From: the human T2T-CHM13v2.0 reference genome, Homo sapiens
Length of the DNA: 64,000 nt
Assembly: GCF_009914755.1 (NCBI RefSeq)
Contig: NC_060932.1
Strand: one strand, 5' to 3'
Shown: piece after piece, positions 26,640 to 40,160 of the stretch
Layout of the letters: every line of letters begins with the position of its first letter
Numbering within the stretch: the first letter of the stretch is position 1
Position numbers and translations under genes: made by a program
Notes under the pieces: model-generated
Database searches by the model: none
What the model was told of the DNA's origin: nothing
What the model saw: the letters and a program-made list of their open reading frames with translations, nothing else

Positions 26640-28445
26640 TAAGATACCTCTACTCCCTCCTTGGCAACCGATTATGCACCCCTTACCATCTCATTAAAAC
26701 CTAATCACCCTTACCCCACTCAACGCCAATATCCCATCCCACAGCACGCTTTAAAAATATTAAAGCCTGTTATTACTGGCCTGCTACAGCATGGCCTTCT
26801 AAAACCTATAAACGCTCTTTACCATTTCCCCATTTTACTTGTCCTAAAACCAGACAAGCCTTACAAATTAGTTCAGAATCTGCGCCTTATCAACCAAATT
26901 GTTTTGCCTATCCACCCCGTGGTGCCAAACCCATATACTCTCCTATCCTCAATACCTCCCTCTACTACCCATTATTCTGTTCTGGATCTCAAACGTGCTT
27001 TCTTTACTATTCCTTTGCACCCTTCATCCCAGCCTCTCTTTGCCTTCACTTAGACTGACCCTGACACCCATTAGGCTCAGTAAATTACTTGGGCTGTACT
27101 GCCACAAGGCTTCACAGACAGCCCCCATTACTTCAGTCAAGCCCAAATTTCATCCTCATCTGTTACCTATCTCGGCATAATTCTCATAAAAACACACGTG
27201 CTCTCCCTGCTGATCGTGTCCGATTAATCTCCCAAACCTCAATCCCTTACAAAAGAACAACTCCTTTCCTTCCTAGGCATGGTTAGTGCGGTCAGAATTC
27301 TTACACAAGAGCCAGGACCACACTGTGTAGCCTTTCTGTCCAAACAACTTGACCTTACTGTTTTAGCCTAGCCCTCATGTCTGCGTGCAGCGGCTGCCAC
27401 TGCTTTAATACTGTTAGAGGCCCTAAAAATCACAAACTATGCTCAACTCACTCTCTACATTTCTCATAACTTCCAAAATCTATTTTCTTCCTCATACCTG
27501 ATGCATATACTTTCTGCTCCCCAGCTCCTTCAGCTGTACTCACTCTTTAAGTCCCACAATTACCATTGTTCCTGGTCCGGACTTCAATCCGGCCTCCCAC
27601 ATTATTCCTGATACCACACCTGACCCCCATGACTGTAACTCTCTGATCCACCTGACATTCATCCCATTTCCCCAAATTTCCTTCTTTCCTGTTCCTCACC
27701 CTGATCACGCTTGATTTATTGATGGTGGTTCCACCAGGCCTAATCGCCAGACACCAGCAAAGGCAGGTTATGCTATAGTACAAGCCACTAGCCCGCCTTT
27801 TAGAACCTCTCATTTCCTTTCCATCGTGGAAATCTATCCTCAAGGAAATAACTTCTCAGTGTTCCATCTGCTATTCTACTAGTCCTCAGGGATTATTCAG
27901 GCCCCCTCCCTTCCCTACACATCAAGCTCGAGGATTTGCCCCCACCCAGGACTGGCAAATTAGCTTTACTCAACATGCCCGAGTCAGGAAACTAAAATAC
28001 CTCTTAGTCTAAATAGACACTTTCTCAGGGTCTGAGAAGGCCACCGCAGTCATTTCTTCCCTTCTGTCAGACATAATTCCTCAGTTTAGCCTTCCCACCT
28101 GTACACAGTCTGATAACAGACCAGCCTTTATTAGTCAAATCAGCCAAGCAGTTTTTCAGGCTCTTAGTATTCAGTGAAACCTTTATATCCCTTATGGTCC
28201 TCCATCTTCAAGAAAGGTAGAACCCGTCTTCAAGAAAAGTAGAACGGACTAAAGGTCTTTTAAAAACACACCACACCAAGCTCAGCCACCAACTTAAAAA
28301 GGACTGGACAATACTTTCACCACTTTTGCTTCTCAGAATTCAGGCCTGTCCTCAGAATGCTACAAGGTACAGCCCATTTAAGCTCCTGTATAGATGTTCC
28401 TTTTTATTAGGCCCCAGTCTCATTTGACACTAGACCAACTTAGAC
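26640..28445 (+). pseudogene. pol: HERV-H pol remnant (RT, RNase H, IN) with deletions
   Basis: QRQYPI, LVQNLRLIN, VLDLKRAFF, LPQGFTDSP; YXDD region absent; RNase H FIDGGS at about 27715; IN QSDNRPAF at about 28106. Confidence 0.9.
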
Positions 28446-28893
28446 TGTGCCCCAAAAAAAACTTGTCATCCCTACTATCTTTTGTCTAGTCATACTCCTA
28501 TTCACTGTTCTCAACTACTCATACATGCCCTGCTCTTGTTTACATTGCCGGTTTACACTGTTTCTCCAAGCCATCACAGCTGATATCTACCTTTTATACC
28601 TGTTTTTCTCCTTCTGTTATTCCACTTAGTTTTTCAATCATACAAAACCGTATCCAGGCCATCACCAATCATTCTATACGACAAATGTTTCTTCTAACAA
28701 CCCCACAATATCACCCCTTACCACAAGATCTCCCTTCAGCTTAATCTCTCCCACTCTAGGTTCCCACAGCACCCCTAATCCCGCTTGAAGCAGCCCTGAG
28801 AAACATCGCCCATTCCCTCTCCATACCACCCCCCAAAAATTTTCGCCGCCCCAGCATTTCAACACTATTTTGTTTTATTTTTCTTATTAATAT

Positions 28894-28906
28894 AAGAAGG
28901 CAGGAA
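28894..28906 (+). other. Polypurine tract
   Basis: AAGAAGGCAGGAA directly before the 3' LTR. Confidence 0.88.
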
Positions 28907-29363
28907 TGCCAGGCCTCTGAGCCCAAGCCAAGCCATCGCATCCTCTGTGACTTGCACGTATATATATGCCCAGATGGCCTGAAGTAACTGAAGAATCACA
29001 AAAGAAGAGAATATGCCCTGCCCCACCTTAACTGATGACATTCCACCACAAAAGAAGTGTAAATGGCTGGTCCTTGCCTTAAGTGATGACATTACCTTGT
29101 GAAAGTCCTTTTCCTGGCTCATCCTGGCTCAAAAAGCACCCCCACTGAGCACTTTCCAACCCCCACTCCTGCCTGCCAGAGAACAAACCCCCTTTGACTG
29201 TAATTTTCCTTTACCTACCCAAATCCTATAAAATGGCCCCACCCTTATCTCCCTTCGCTGACTCTCTTTTTGGACTCAGCCCGCCTGCACCCAGGTGAAA
29301 TCAACAGCCATGGTGCTCACACAAAGCCTGTTTGGTGGTCTCTTCACACGGACGCGAATGAAA
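28907..29363 (+). mobile_element. 3' LTR7 (457 bp)
   Basis: TGCCAGGCCTCTGAG...GACGCGAATGAAA; about 15 substitutions vs the 5' LTR plus the 29-bp length difference. Confidence 0.96.
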
Positions 29364-30149
29364 CTGACCATAACAAGTATTAGCAAGAATATGGAGCAAC
29401 TGGAACTCTCATACCAGATAAAATTGTACAACCACTTTAAGAAAAAGAGGCAGTATGACAAGGAACCAAAGTCAGTCCTCTGGAGCGTAGTGCCACTGTG
29501 TGTAGAGCAGGGTCCTGAATGCCTTTCTGTGAAGGGATGAGAGAATTGGGGGTTGTATGCTTCCTCTTGCTGATGCTGGGCTTTTATATTTTCCCAGTAA
29601 AATCTGTCTTTTCTATCCAGGCTGCATGATGCTGTCATGTTTGCCATCATCCATCATGCCTCGCATTGAACAAAATAGACAAAAAGTCCTTGCCTCTAGA
29701 GTGCACATTGCATTGAGGAAAAAAAAAGTAAGGTAAATATATAAAATATTATATATGCAAAATATGAACATTTAAAAGAGATATGAATGTGTAAAAAATG
29801 TAAGATGAAGATAAATGCTGTGAAGAAAAATTATGCAGACAACAGGGTGTGCCAGGAAGATGTACATATTTGATGAGTCAATAATTTACTTATAGCTGTG
29901 TATAGCCTGCATAAAACTCTCAGCATGTGCTCAAGACGACATACACAGCATGCTTGTTCAGTAATATTTGAAGTAGCAAAAATAAAAAAATAAAATGGAA
30001 AGATTTAAATGTCCATCAGAGAGGTCACCTGGCTGTTATCCTTCTATAGAAAGATTACCATAGTCAATTACAGGTGATGGATGGACGAAGAATAAGACTG
30101 GCACCAGGGAGTCTTAATACAAGATCATTGAGGTAGTTTAGACAAAAAT

Positions 30150-30390
30150 AATATGACAGCTAACATTTCTGGGTGCTTACCAGAAGCACTGGGTGATGTT
30201 CTAAAACGTTAACATAACTCATTCAATCCCCTCAACAACTCTATGTAGTAGATATTATTGTCGCCTTTACAGATGAAACAACAGAGAAAGAAAGAGGTTA
30301 AGGGATGTCCCCAAGATCACACCTCAGTAGCAAGGACAGGCACCAAACCAGAAAATCTGAGTTCAGAATCACTGTTTTAACTATGATTAG
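30150..30390 (-). mobile_element. MIR
   Basis: tttacagatgaaacaacagag...agaggttaagggatgtccccaagatcacac. Confidence 0.8.
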
Positions 30391-31689
30391 CTATGTTCTG
30401 AGAACATCCATGTGTTCTCAGTAACCATAAGAATGGAGAAAGCATGAAGAATTTCTAGGAAAAATTGTACTTCCTTCTACCTAGTTACCATCATCTTTGT
30501 TCTATGATTCCTGTGGAGAATGATTTACATAAAAGAAATTTCAATAATTATGTCTCAGAAATCAGGATTTTACTCTTACACATTCAGTTGACAGAACAAA
30601 GTTCCATCTTCATCAATAACTGCCTAGAGCAATTTGTCTTATCTTCTAATTAGATTCAGAACAATTTGAAGAAAGAGAACAGGACTTTTATATATTTTAT
30701 ACAAATCTAATTGTCTTTCATCTGTTCTACGAAAGAAGTTTCATTAAGTGCTAAATTACAAAGCCTAAAGCTATAAAGTGACATTTTTTCTTTTGTGTTT
30801 TCTCATGCATATTTTTTCATGTTACTGTTATTTGCTTTTGATTTAATGTCAAATTATAATACTGTTTTAGTTATTGCATTATCATTTCAGGTGTGCATCA
30901 CAAATTTAACATTTTAATGAGATGGCAATGACTTAAAATCAAGCACTAAATGTTACAAATTGTAATGGTCCTGGATTTTTTAATTGCAATCATCCTTTCC
31001 TCCTCACTTGTAAAATTAAGTGTGTGCTAGCTAGCAGGATTCTCAGTTCCAAGACTTAAAAAATTTCCACCCTTACACCAAAAATAACAAATTATTTTGT
31101 AAATGTCTACAGAAAGACCATTGAGACTTATGAACATGATGAACCTCTTTTAGTTTCTTTTTTAAAATGCTGTTATCTCCTTTTAACATATTTATTTTTA
31201 GATAGAGATTATTTTATTGCTTAGGTGTAAGGGGAAAATTAAAGAGCCTTTTAGATAGATTATTGGATTTATTAGGCTAAGCAAATCCACTTTGGAATAA
31301 TAAAAACCTTATTAGGTCATTAAAGACTGAAATATGGTAGATTTGTTTTTCCACTTTACCTCATGTGCTTTTGTGTTACACTGAAATTTTTAGAACTTCA
31401 TAAACTTTTTTTAACCTGGTAATAACTAAGCTATTAGGCTATAAAATGTTTTGATTCTTTCCAGAGTGTCTCAAGCATGTCCATAACCTTAAAATCCTGT
31501 GACTTTGCTCTTTTTGTAGGCAGGAAATAATCATAATTCAAATGTATTCACCATCAAACCTAGTCATTGAGAACATTGAGAAACTTACTCTTTCTATGTA
31601 AAATCAATGTCAAATTCCTCAGAAACTGTGGGAAACTATTATGACTCATTTCTTTTGCTTCAGTATAATCACTTGGAAGGAAAGACAGA

Positions 31690-31950
31690 CCTTGGTGACA
31701 GAAAGACCTGGGTTCAAGGCTTACCTCTGTACCTTATTCTGTGACCTTGGAAAAGTTTTGTTGTTCTCCTTAAAACTTTTTAAGCTCTTGTTTCTAAACT
31801 CTCTTTAGGCTCAATTTTCTGGTCTGCATTTGTAAATGTGGTATAAAAGTTGTACCACCTGAGAATCATATTGAGGATTAAATAAAGTATTTAGTGTGCT
31901 GCCTAGAATATACTAAAAGCTCCATCAATGGCAGACATTATCATTATTTC
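31690..31950 (+). mobile_element. MIR
   Basis: agacctgggttcaag...tgtgaccttggaaaag...tgaggattaaa. Confidence 0.7.
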
Positions 31951-32989
31951 CACTTTATTATTTCATCTTATTCTTCATGATATCCTGGGGTTCAGTCTTT
32001 CATGCATCTGTGATGAGATGAAGAGAAATATTGTTTTGCTCCATGGAAACACTTTACTTAAATGTCCCAGGAAACCGGAGGCTAAGCAAAAAATGCGTAA
32101 GCTCTTGATTATCAGGCACTCCCATTCTGAGGCAGGATTTCCAATATATCAGTATAACACGTTATTCTATATGCAGTCATTGCACACAGTGGATTTCAAT
32201 ATAATTCACTTCATAAATTAAGCCTGCTTGCAGAAATAAAGACTGTTTTAAGGGTATATGAGTAAAATTTGTATGACAATCAGATAACCTAAGTGAAGTG
32301 GGAAAATGTCTGAAGGAACAAAATTACCAAAACTGACTCAAGAAGAAATAGAAAATCTAAAGATAACAAGTAATAAGATCAAATCAGTAATAATAAAAAA
32401 AAACCATCCTACCAAAAAAACAATCCAGAGACAGATGGATTCACTGGTGAATTACACCAAACATTTAAATAATTAATACCAACCTGTCTCAAGTCCTACC
32501 GAAAAGAAGAGAATGGAATAATTTTTAACTTATTCGATGAGGCCAGATTCAGTAATATAATCAGTCATATATTCAGTAATATAATAATTTTATTCAGTAT
32601 TACCCTGATATCAACTAAGACAAAGAACAAGAAAAAAAAATCCAAAACTACAGGCCAATATCTCTTATAAATTTAGGTGAAAAATTCTTAAGGACATAAT
32701 AGGAAATCAAATTCAACAGCATATTAAAAGGATTATACAACATGACCAAGTGAGATTTATTCTGTAAATTCAAGATGGGGTTCAAAAATACCAAAATTAA
32801 TCAATGTAATATACCATATTGTAATACATCAATAGAATAAGGGGGGAAAGTACATGCTTATCTCCATTGATGCAGAATTGCATTTGATAAAATTCAACGA
32901 TAAAATCACTCAGCAAACCTTAGAATGCAAGGGAACTTTGTCAACATGATAAAGGACATTAATAAACATCCCACAGCTAATATTATACT

Positions 32990-33381
32990 TGTAATAGACT
33001 AAATTGTGTACCTCCAAAATTCATATATGGAAGCCCTAAACCCCAGTTTTCTAGAATGTTACTCTATTCGAGATAGGTCCTTTAATGAGGCAATTAAGGT
33101 AAAATGAAGCCATTAAGTGTGGGGCCCTAATCTCATAGAACTGGTGTCTGTGTAGGAAGAGGAAGAGACAGCAGAGATGCGTACCCACAGGGAAAATGCC
33201 ACGTGAGGACAGTAAGAAGTTGTCATCTCTGAGCCAAGGACAGAAACCTCAAGAGATACCAAATCTGCTGATACCTTGATCTTGGATTTTCAACCTCTAG
33301 AATTGTGAGAAAATAAGTTTTGGTTGCTTAAGCCACCTGGTCTGTGGTATTTTATTATGACAGCCCTAATGAACTAATACA
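32990..33381 (+). mobile_element. MLT1A/B-type MaLR LTR
   Basis: tgtaatagactaaattgtgtacctccaaaattcatat...gaactaataca; perfect 5-bp TSD atact at 32985-32989 and 33382-33386. Confidence 0.9.
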
Positions 33382-33719
33382 ATACTCAGTTATGAAAGGC
33401 AGCAAGCTTTCTTTCTAACATTATGAAAAACAGAAGTAGGCTACTTTCAGCACTGCTATTCAACAGTGTACTGAAAGTTCTAGCCAAAGATATTAGGCAA
33501 GAAAATAATTTGAAAAGAAGTAAAACTATTTGAAGATAACATGATCCTATATATAGCAAATCCCCAAAAATTCACCAAAAAAGCTGCTAGAGCTAATAAG
33601 ACAATTCATCAAAGTTGCAGAGTCCAAGATCAACACAAAATTCAGTTGTGTTTCTACACACCAGCAATGAACAATTTGAAAAAGAAAATTAAGAAAATAA
33701 TTTCATTTATAATACCATC

Positions 33720-34104
33720 TGTATTAGTTCATTCTCACACTACTATAAGGAACGACCTGAAAGTGGGTAATTTATAAAGAAAGGAGGTTTAATTCACTCA
33801 CAGTTCCACCAGCTGTACAGGACACATGGCTAGGGAGGCCTCAGGAAACTTACAATCATGGCAGAAGGGCAAAGGAGGAGCAAGCGTGTCTTCACATTGG
33901 CAGCAGGAGAGAGAAAGAGAAGGCGGAAGCTCTACACACTTTCAAACAACCAGATTACGTGAGATCTCATTCACTATCACAAGAAAAGCAAGGGGGAAGT
34001 CCACCCCCATGATTTAATCACCTCCCACCAGGCTCCTCCTCCAACACTGGGGGATTAAAATTCAACACAAGATTTGAGTGGGGACACAGAGCCAAACTAT
34101 ATCA
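33720..34104 (-). mobile_element. MSTA-type MaLR LTR
   Basis: tgtattagttcattctcacactactataa...gggacacagagccaaactatatca. Confidence 0.9.
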
Positions 34105-36545
34105 CTATTCAAAAGAATAAAATACCTAGGAATAAATTTAACCAGGGAGGTAAAATGTTTGTCTGTTATAAACTACAAAACAGTGCAGAAAGAAATTGAA
34201 GAGGACCAAAATAATGGAAAGATATTCCACATTCATGAATTGTAAGATTTAATGTTGTTAAGATGGCAATACTGCCTAAAGCTATTTACACATTTAATGC
34301 AATCCCTATGAAAATTCCAAAAACCTTACTTGAAGAATTGTAAAGGCTGATCCTTAAATTCAAACAGAATTGCAAGGGACTCCAAACAGTCAATATATAT
34401 ACAAATGGAAGAAGGGGAATGAAGTCGGAAGACTCATGCTTCCCAATTTCAAAACTTACTACCAAGCTGCAGTAATCAAATCTTTGTGGTACTAGATCAA
34501 ACAAAAACTGGTACCCAAATGTTCACAGCAGCACTATTCTCAATAGCTAAAATATGGAAACCCTCCAAATATCCATCTGTGGATGAATGGATAAAAAAAT
34601 TATTACATACACATACAATGAAATATGAACATCAGTCACAAAAAAAGAATAAAATACTGATATATACTATATATGCATGAATCTTGAAAACATTATGTTA
34701 AATAAAAGAAGCCAGACCCAAAAGGTCACATGTTATATGATTCCATTTATATTGAATATTCAGAATAGGCAGATTCATAGAGATAGGAAACAGATTGGTG
34801 ATTGCCAGGGAGAGGGGTACGGGGAATCCAGAGTGACTGCATAATGGCTATGGAATTTTCTTTGGGGATAATAAAAATGTTTTGGGATTAGGTGGAAGTA
34901 GTGACTGTAGAACATTGTGAATGCACTATGTGTCACCAAACTGTACCCTTTAAAATGTTTAATTTTATATTATATAAATTTTGCCTTAATTTTTTTAAGT
35001 TAGAACAATTTTACCCTTGCCCCTGGAATATCACATGATGTGATGGCAGTTTGTATAAGCAAAAAACCTGTAAGAATCAGTACCCTCTCTATATTCAAAG
35101 GCAAACTCTAGTACAGGATTACTTCTAGACTTGTCCTTGAGGTTTCTGGGCTCCTGAATGAGCCAGAATAGCCCTAAACTACCTTGAGATAACTCTCCCA
35201 GACTCCCAGTTTTGTTCCCTTGCACAAGTTTTCCTAATCCTGAGCCACCAACAGTCTCTACCACAAAAATGTGCAGTGATCTATCAAACTACATCATCCT
35301 GGCTTCTCAATCTAAGCCTCCTATCTCAAAACATAAGTCCAAATGAAAATCAGCCTTTCTAGGTCACCTTCACAAACATCCATTACAGGTCCCCTACTGC
35401 CCAGGATTCCTCCACTGTCTCGCCAGGACAAGATTGGACGTCCTTTTATTCCTAAAGCCAAACTTACTCAACTAGATTATGCGGCTTTCCAGCTCTGCTC
35501 CCGAACGTTAATTCTTTTTGAGACTGAATACATTTATTAGTATTATTTAAAGTCTGCTTGGCTTAAGTTAATTTCTGATACTTTTCTATGTGTTTCTAAG
35601 TCTTGGGATTTCATTAATCTATGCTGAGAATATTTAACCCCATCCTTGCCATTCTTCCTTTCATGGCAGTTTTTAATAAGCTTAAAACTGCTAACACACA
35701 TTCAGCCAGTTCAAACCATAGCATTGCGTCTGTCTAAATATTTGGTTTGTAAAAAAGTACAGGAGAAAGGAAGGGAATGAGTTTTGAATTTCATTAAGGA
35801 AATTACTCAAATATAACACTGGGAGTTGCTCTGAAGATGTCAAATTTTTGGTCCAGAAATATCGGACCAATATTTTGCAAAATGAGTGAGCAGAAAGGTC
35901 TAAGCATCCTTCAGTCACCAATTAGTAAACATCACCACCCTTTCAGAGGCCTTTGATTTGAAGACATTTGGCAGGAATGAAAAATGGGCAGTCTCACCAT
36001 TTAATAGATCCTTTTTACCTTTCCATTTTTAATTTTAAGGACTTTGTTTACTATTAAGGCCCATTAAATGTTCAACTTTAGGATTCATAAACTTCCAAAA
36101 ATCACTTACTTTTATAGTGATAACTAGCATTTATGTGATTGCAGAGCAATTTTATATGCATTGTCACATTGTCTCATTTGATAGAGAATATATATATATG
36201 TTATCATGTTCATTTTAGAGACAAGAAGCCTTAAAGTCAGAGTTTAAATGACAAACTGATAAGCCACAGATCTGAAAGCCAAACCCAGATCCTCTGATTC
36301 TCTTGCTCTTCAAACTCACTATGCTCCTTCTCAAATGTTATACCCGACTATCTAGAATATGTTTGTTTTTATTATTCATGCCTATTTTTTGTTGTATAAT
36401 TTTAAATATATACAAAATGGATATTCAATATATGATAACTTTGAATTGGAGCAGGCTTTTTTTGTTATCTAATGGATGAAAAACATTGCTCATGACATGT
36501 TGGAAAATTAAAAACCAAATAAATCAATAAGATTGAAATGATTCT

Positions 36546-36833
36546 TTTTTTTTGAGATAGAGTTTTGCTCTTTAGCCTAGGCTGGAGTGAAGTGGTGTGA
36601 TCTTGGCTCACTGCAACCTCTGCCCTCTGGGTTCAATCGATTCTCCTGCCTCAGCCTCCCGAGTAGCTGGAATTACAGGCACCCGCCACCACACCCGGCT
36701 AATTTTTGTATTTTTAGTAGAGACGGTTTTGCCATGTTGGCCAGGCTGGTCTCAAACTACTGAGCTCAGGTGATGAACCCGCCTTGGCCACCTAAAGTGC
36801 TAGGATTACAGGTGTGAACCACCGCATACAGCC
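36546..36833 (-). mobile_element. AluS (Sx-like)
   Basis: Full antisense Alu; 16-bp TSD agattgaaatgattct at 36530-36545 and 36835-36850. Confidence 0.96.
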
Positions 36834-37117
36834 GAGATTGAAATGATTCTGAGTGATAAACTTTACGAAAATGGCTAAATTACACATTAGCAGTGTTTTT
36901 CAAATGTTCCCTACCATAAAACTCACCTGGGAATGTCTCAAAGAGTTTATCTCCAGCTGCAGAAACCAAGAAAGACTACATGGAAGAAGTGATATTTTAT
37001 TTAAGTCTTTCAGGAATTCTATAGCAGAATAATGTCAAGAGCAGAGACAAAATATCCTCAGTACATATATAGTATAATATATATTTCAGAACAGAAATTA
37101 TTTTAGCATAATGCCTA

Positions 37118-37463
<346 letters not shown>

Positions 37464-39706
37464 AAAAATAGGCCATATTGGAGGGTGTCTTTGGAGACTC
37501 ACGCTAGAGAATTTAGAGTTAATTCAACGTGTAATGGGGAACAATGATAAGCCTTTTTTTTTTTTAGAAGCTGAACCAATTAAGTTTAGTTTTTCTTTGT
37601 ACTGATTCCCAATTGAGCTAAAAAATCATCATTAATTTTTATCACCTTTAAAGCCAAAACAATGAATTTTTTTTAAAGAAAAGAAAAACCGCTTATGTAC
37701 TTTGTTATGCATGTGAACAAATCATTTGTATAAATGCAAGGTTTGTGTATAGATATAAAATAGATAATTGTGATACATTATATATGTATATTTATATAAA
37801 TTTACAGATATCTATAAGTTTTCCCTGGCCAACTTAAGTTAAATTTGTCACATGCATCTTCGTATACCACTTTATTTATTATGTATCTATTTTATTGAAC
37901 TTTAATGTTCTAGTGCAGTTATTTCTTTAGCATCCAGCTGAAAAGTCTTATTAAAGTATTTTAATTAAGTCAAATACTTAGGATTTCATGTTTATTTTTC
38001 CCATATGATTGGTTCTAAGGAGACCTAGTAGTGCAGAAAGAAATCCTAACATGCAAATTATTTTAGTTATCCAAATATGTCTATTTATTGCCTGTTCTAG
38101 AGTACGTACTAAGTTTAGCAAGGCACACATCCTACCAATGAGGAACTTGCCTTTCAGTAGAGGGAGACATAAATACTAATAAAAGCAACCAGTGACTTGC
38201 TTCAGTGCTATTACAGAGGAAGGGATGGTAAAGAGATAAAGATGTGTTCAGTTTTACATGATGTGGGAGTTTGGAAATGAAAATAAATGGGTAGAGTGAA
38301 CAGACTAGAAATAAGTAAAGCTTCAAGAAGCAAAGTGATACTTGAGCTGACTCTCCTTATTACTCAACCTTAACTGAAACTTCAACTTTTGTTTTCCTCT
38401 ATCATGGAGAGTCTGTGGCCCCAAGTTTCCTGCTCAGTAAACAATATCTGAAACATCGAAAGTAATGGTAGGTTGGTATCAAGACAGATCATACTGAAGA
38501 AGATAAATTCTATGTTAAAACTCTCAGAACTGTTCCTTCCTTCCATGTTTCATTCTTTCATTAATTTATTTATCTGAAATTATTTTTGAACATATAGTAT
38601 GCAAATCACCAAAGGCATAAAACAACATGACAGACCCTACCTGTGTCCTTATAGAGCTTTCTGTTTAGTCAGGGAGGAAGACAAGAAAAGAGAAAATCTT
38701 ACTCACGTGTTTGTGAGATTTATCTTTGTCAAAATATGTAACACCAACTTTATTCATTTTACCTGGTGTATTTCTTTAAAAAGAGAGACAAATAACTAAG
38801 ATGTGAAAATAGCTAATGGGTGTTATTTTGTGTAGGTTTCAGTATACTTGGAATATTTCATAATTTCAATAAAGAGGCAACTATAATATTACAGCCTGAC
38901 AAATACAATAACAAGGAAAGTGGAAGATAACATAAAATAACCAAATACTCAGAAGTTTTACTTGAGACTTGAATGATAAGGAAAAAGCTGGGTAGATGAA
39001 AGCTGATGTTGAAATGGGAGTGGTGGTGGGGACGATTTCTTAAGCAGAGAGACTGGAAAGAATTCAGTATGCTAAAGTGGGAAGTAGCCATAGATAATGC
39101 TGGAGAGATAAGATGGGCTCAGACCCCAGACCCCATAGCTTCAGGTAGTATCTTCTAAGAAGGCTGGACCTTGACCTCAGAGCAATGTTCATGGAAGACA
39201 TAGAAGCTGTGGATTATTAATAGGATGATAAAAGTCATCTGGCAACTTGGGCTTTTCAATTTCCCAGAGAAGAAAAATCAGCGATAGAGAACCGTGGGAG
39301 CCAAGTCTTTTCCTAGCCCTTCACTTTACTCTCCAGGTAGACACCACGTAGAGGAGTGTAGAAATTAACTTTGGACTGGCAGAGGTTCTCTTGGAGAAGC
39401 TGTTACCTATCTGTGATCTGTCTCCAAACAGTTCCGCCACTGACTCCGATGGAGCATCAGAGGAGGGCTCCGCTCAGTTAAGTGACACAATCAGATATGT
39501 TGTTTAGAAAGACCATTATGGCTGCAGTGTAGAGAAGGAATTGGAATGGGACAAAACTGAAAGAAGGAAGTCAGAAGGTTCAGAAAACTTACCTGAATGG
39601 GGTAACAAAGTGTTAATAAGCTTCGAGAAAAGCTAGGAAATTAAATAGTATTTGGAAAAAGTACTAGGAGTGAAACCCAGTTTTCTGGCCCAGGAAAATG
39701 TTGACA

Positions 39707-39752
39707 CATATACATATATATGTGTATATATATATATATATTTTTTTTTTTT
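39707..39752. repeat. (TA)n microsatellite followed by poly(T)
   Basis: catatacatatatatgtgtatatatatatatatatttttttttttt. Confidence 0.9.
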
Positions 39753-39929
39753 TAACTAAATACTAACGCTGACAAGGCGAACAGGAAGAGGAAGGTCTGG
39801 GGGGATGTGTGATTCATAGGGAAATAATGTGCTGTGACACAGACACAAAGGACTTTAAGACGTCAATGTAACTTCCAAATTGGGGAGTTAGTGACTGGAG
39901 TGGCAGCCATGGGAGTGGATAAAGGCGAA

Positions 39930-40160
39930 AAAGAACCTGCAGGAGGCATGCAAGTGGCTGAGAGGCACACTTACTGCCCCTTCATGATTCACCTCTGCAC
40001 TCATGTCATGGGCACGCTCTTAAGAGCTGCTGGCGCCCCACAACTGACCAGGGTGGTGTACTGGAGCCAGGCCCTTTCTGCCTAAGCAGGACACTCAAAG
40101 AGGCAGTCTTTGCCCTGCAGCCCTCCACTGGCCCAGCCAACACTCTCTCAGAGCTTAGAC
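39930..40160 (+). mobile_element. Possible old ERVL LTR fragment (LTR16-like)
   Basis: ccctttctgcctaagcaggacactc...ccctgcagccctccactggcccagccaacactctctcagagct. Confidence 0.45.

Larger units (their letters stand above)
23516..29363 (+). mobile_element. HERV-H provirus (LTR7-HERVH-int-LTR7), common deleted ~5.8-kb form
   Basis: Two LTRs; 5-bp TSD CTGAC at 23511-23515 and 29364-29368; PBS-His; PPT; gag/pro/pol remnants. Confidence 0.98.
32255..34995 (+). mobile_element. L1MB-like element (ORF2 to 3'UTR, internally deleted), interrupted by two MaLR LTRs
   Basis: cagatggattcactggtgaatt; catgaccaagtgagatttat; aaaagaagccagacccaaaaggtcacatgttatatgattccatttat. Confidence 0.85.

Noticed and set aside
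26661-27053. 130-aa RT-like ORF as a functional reverse transcriptase
   Set aside because: It stops before LPQG and the YXDD catalytic region is deleted.
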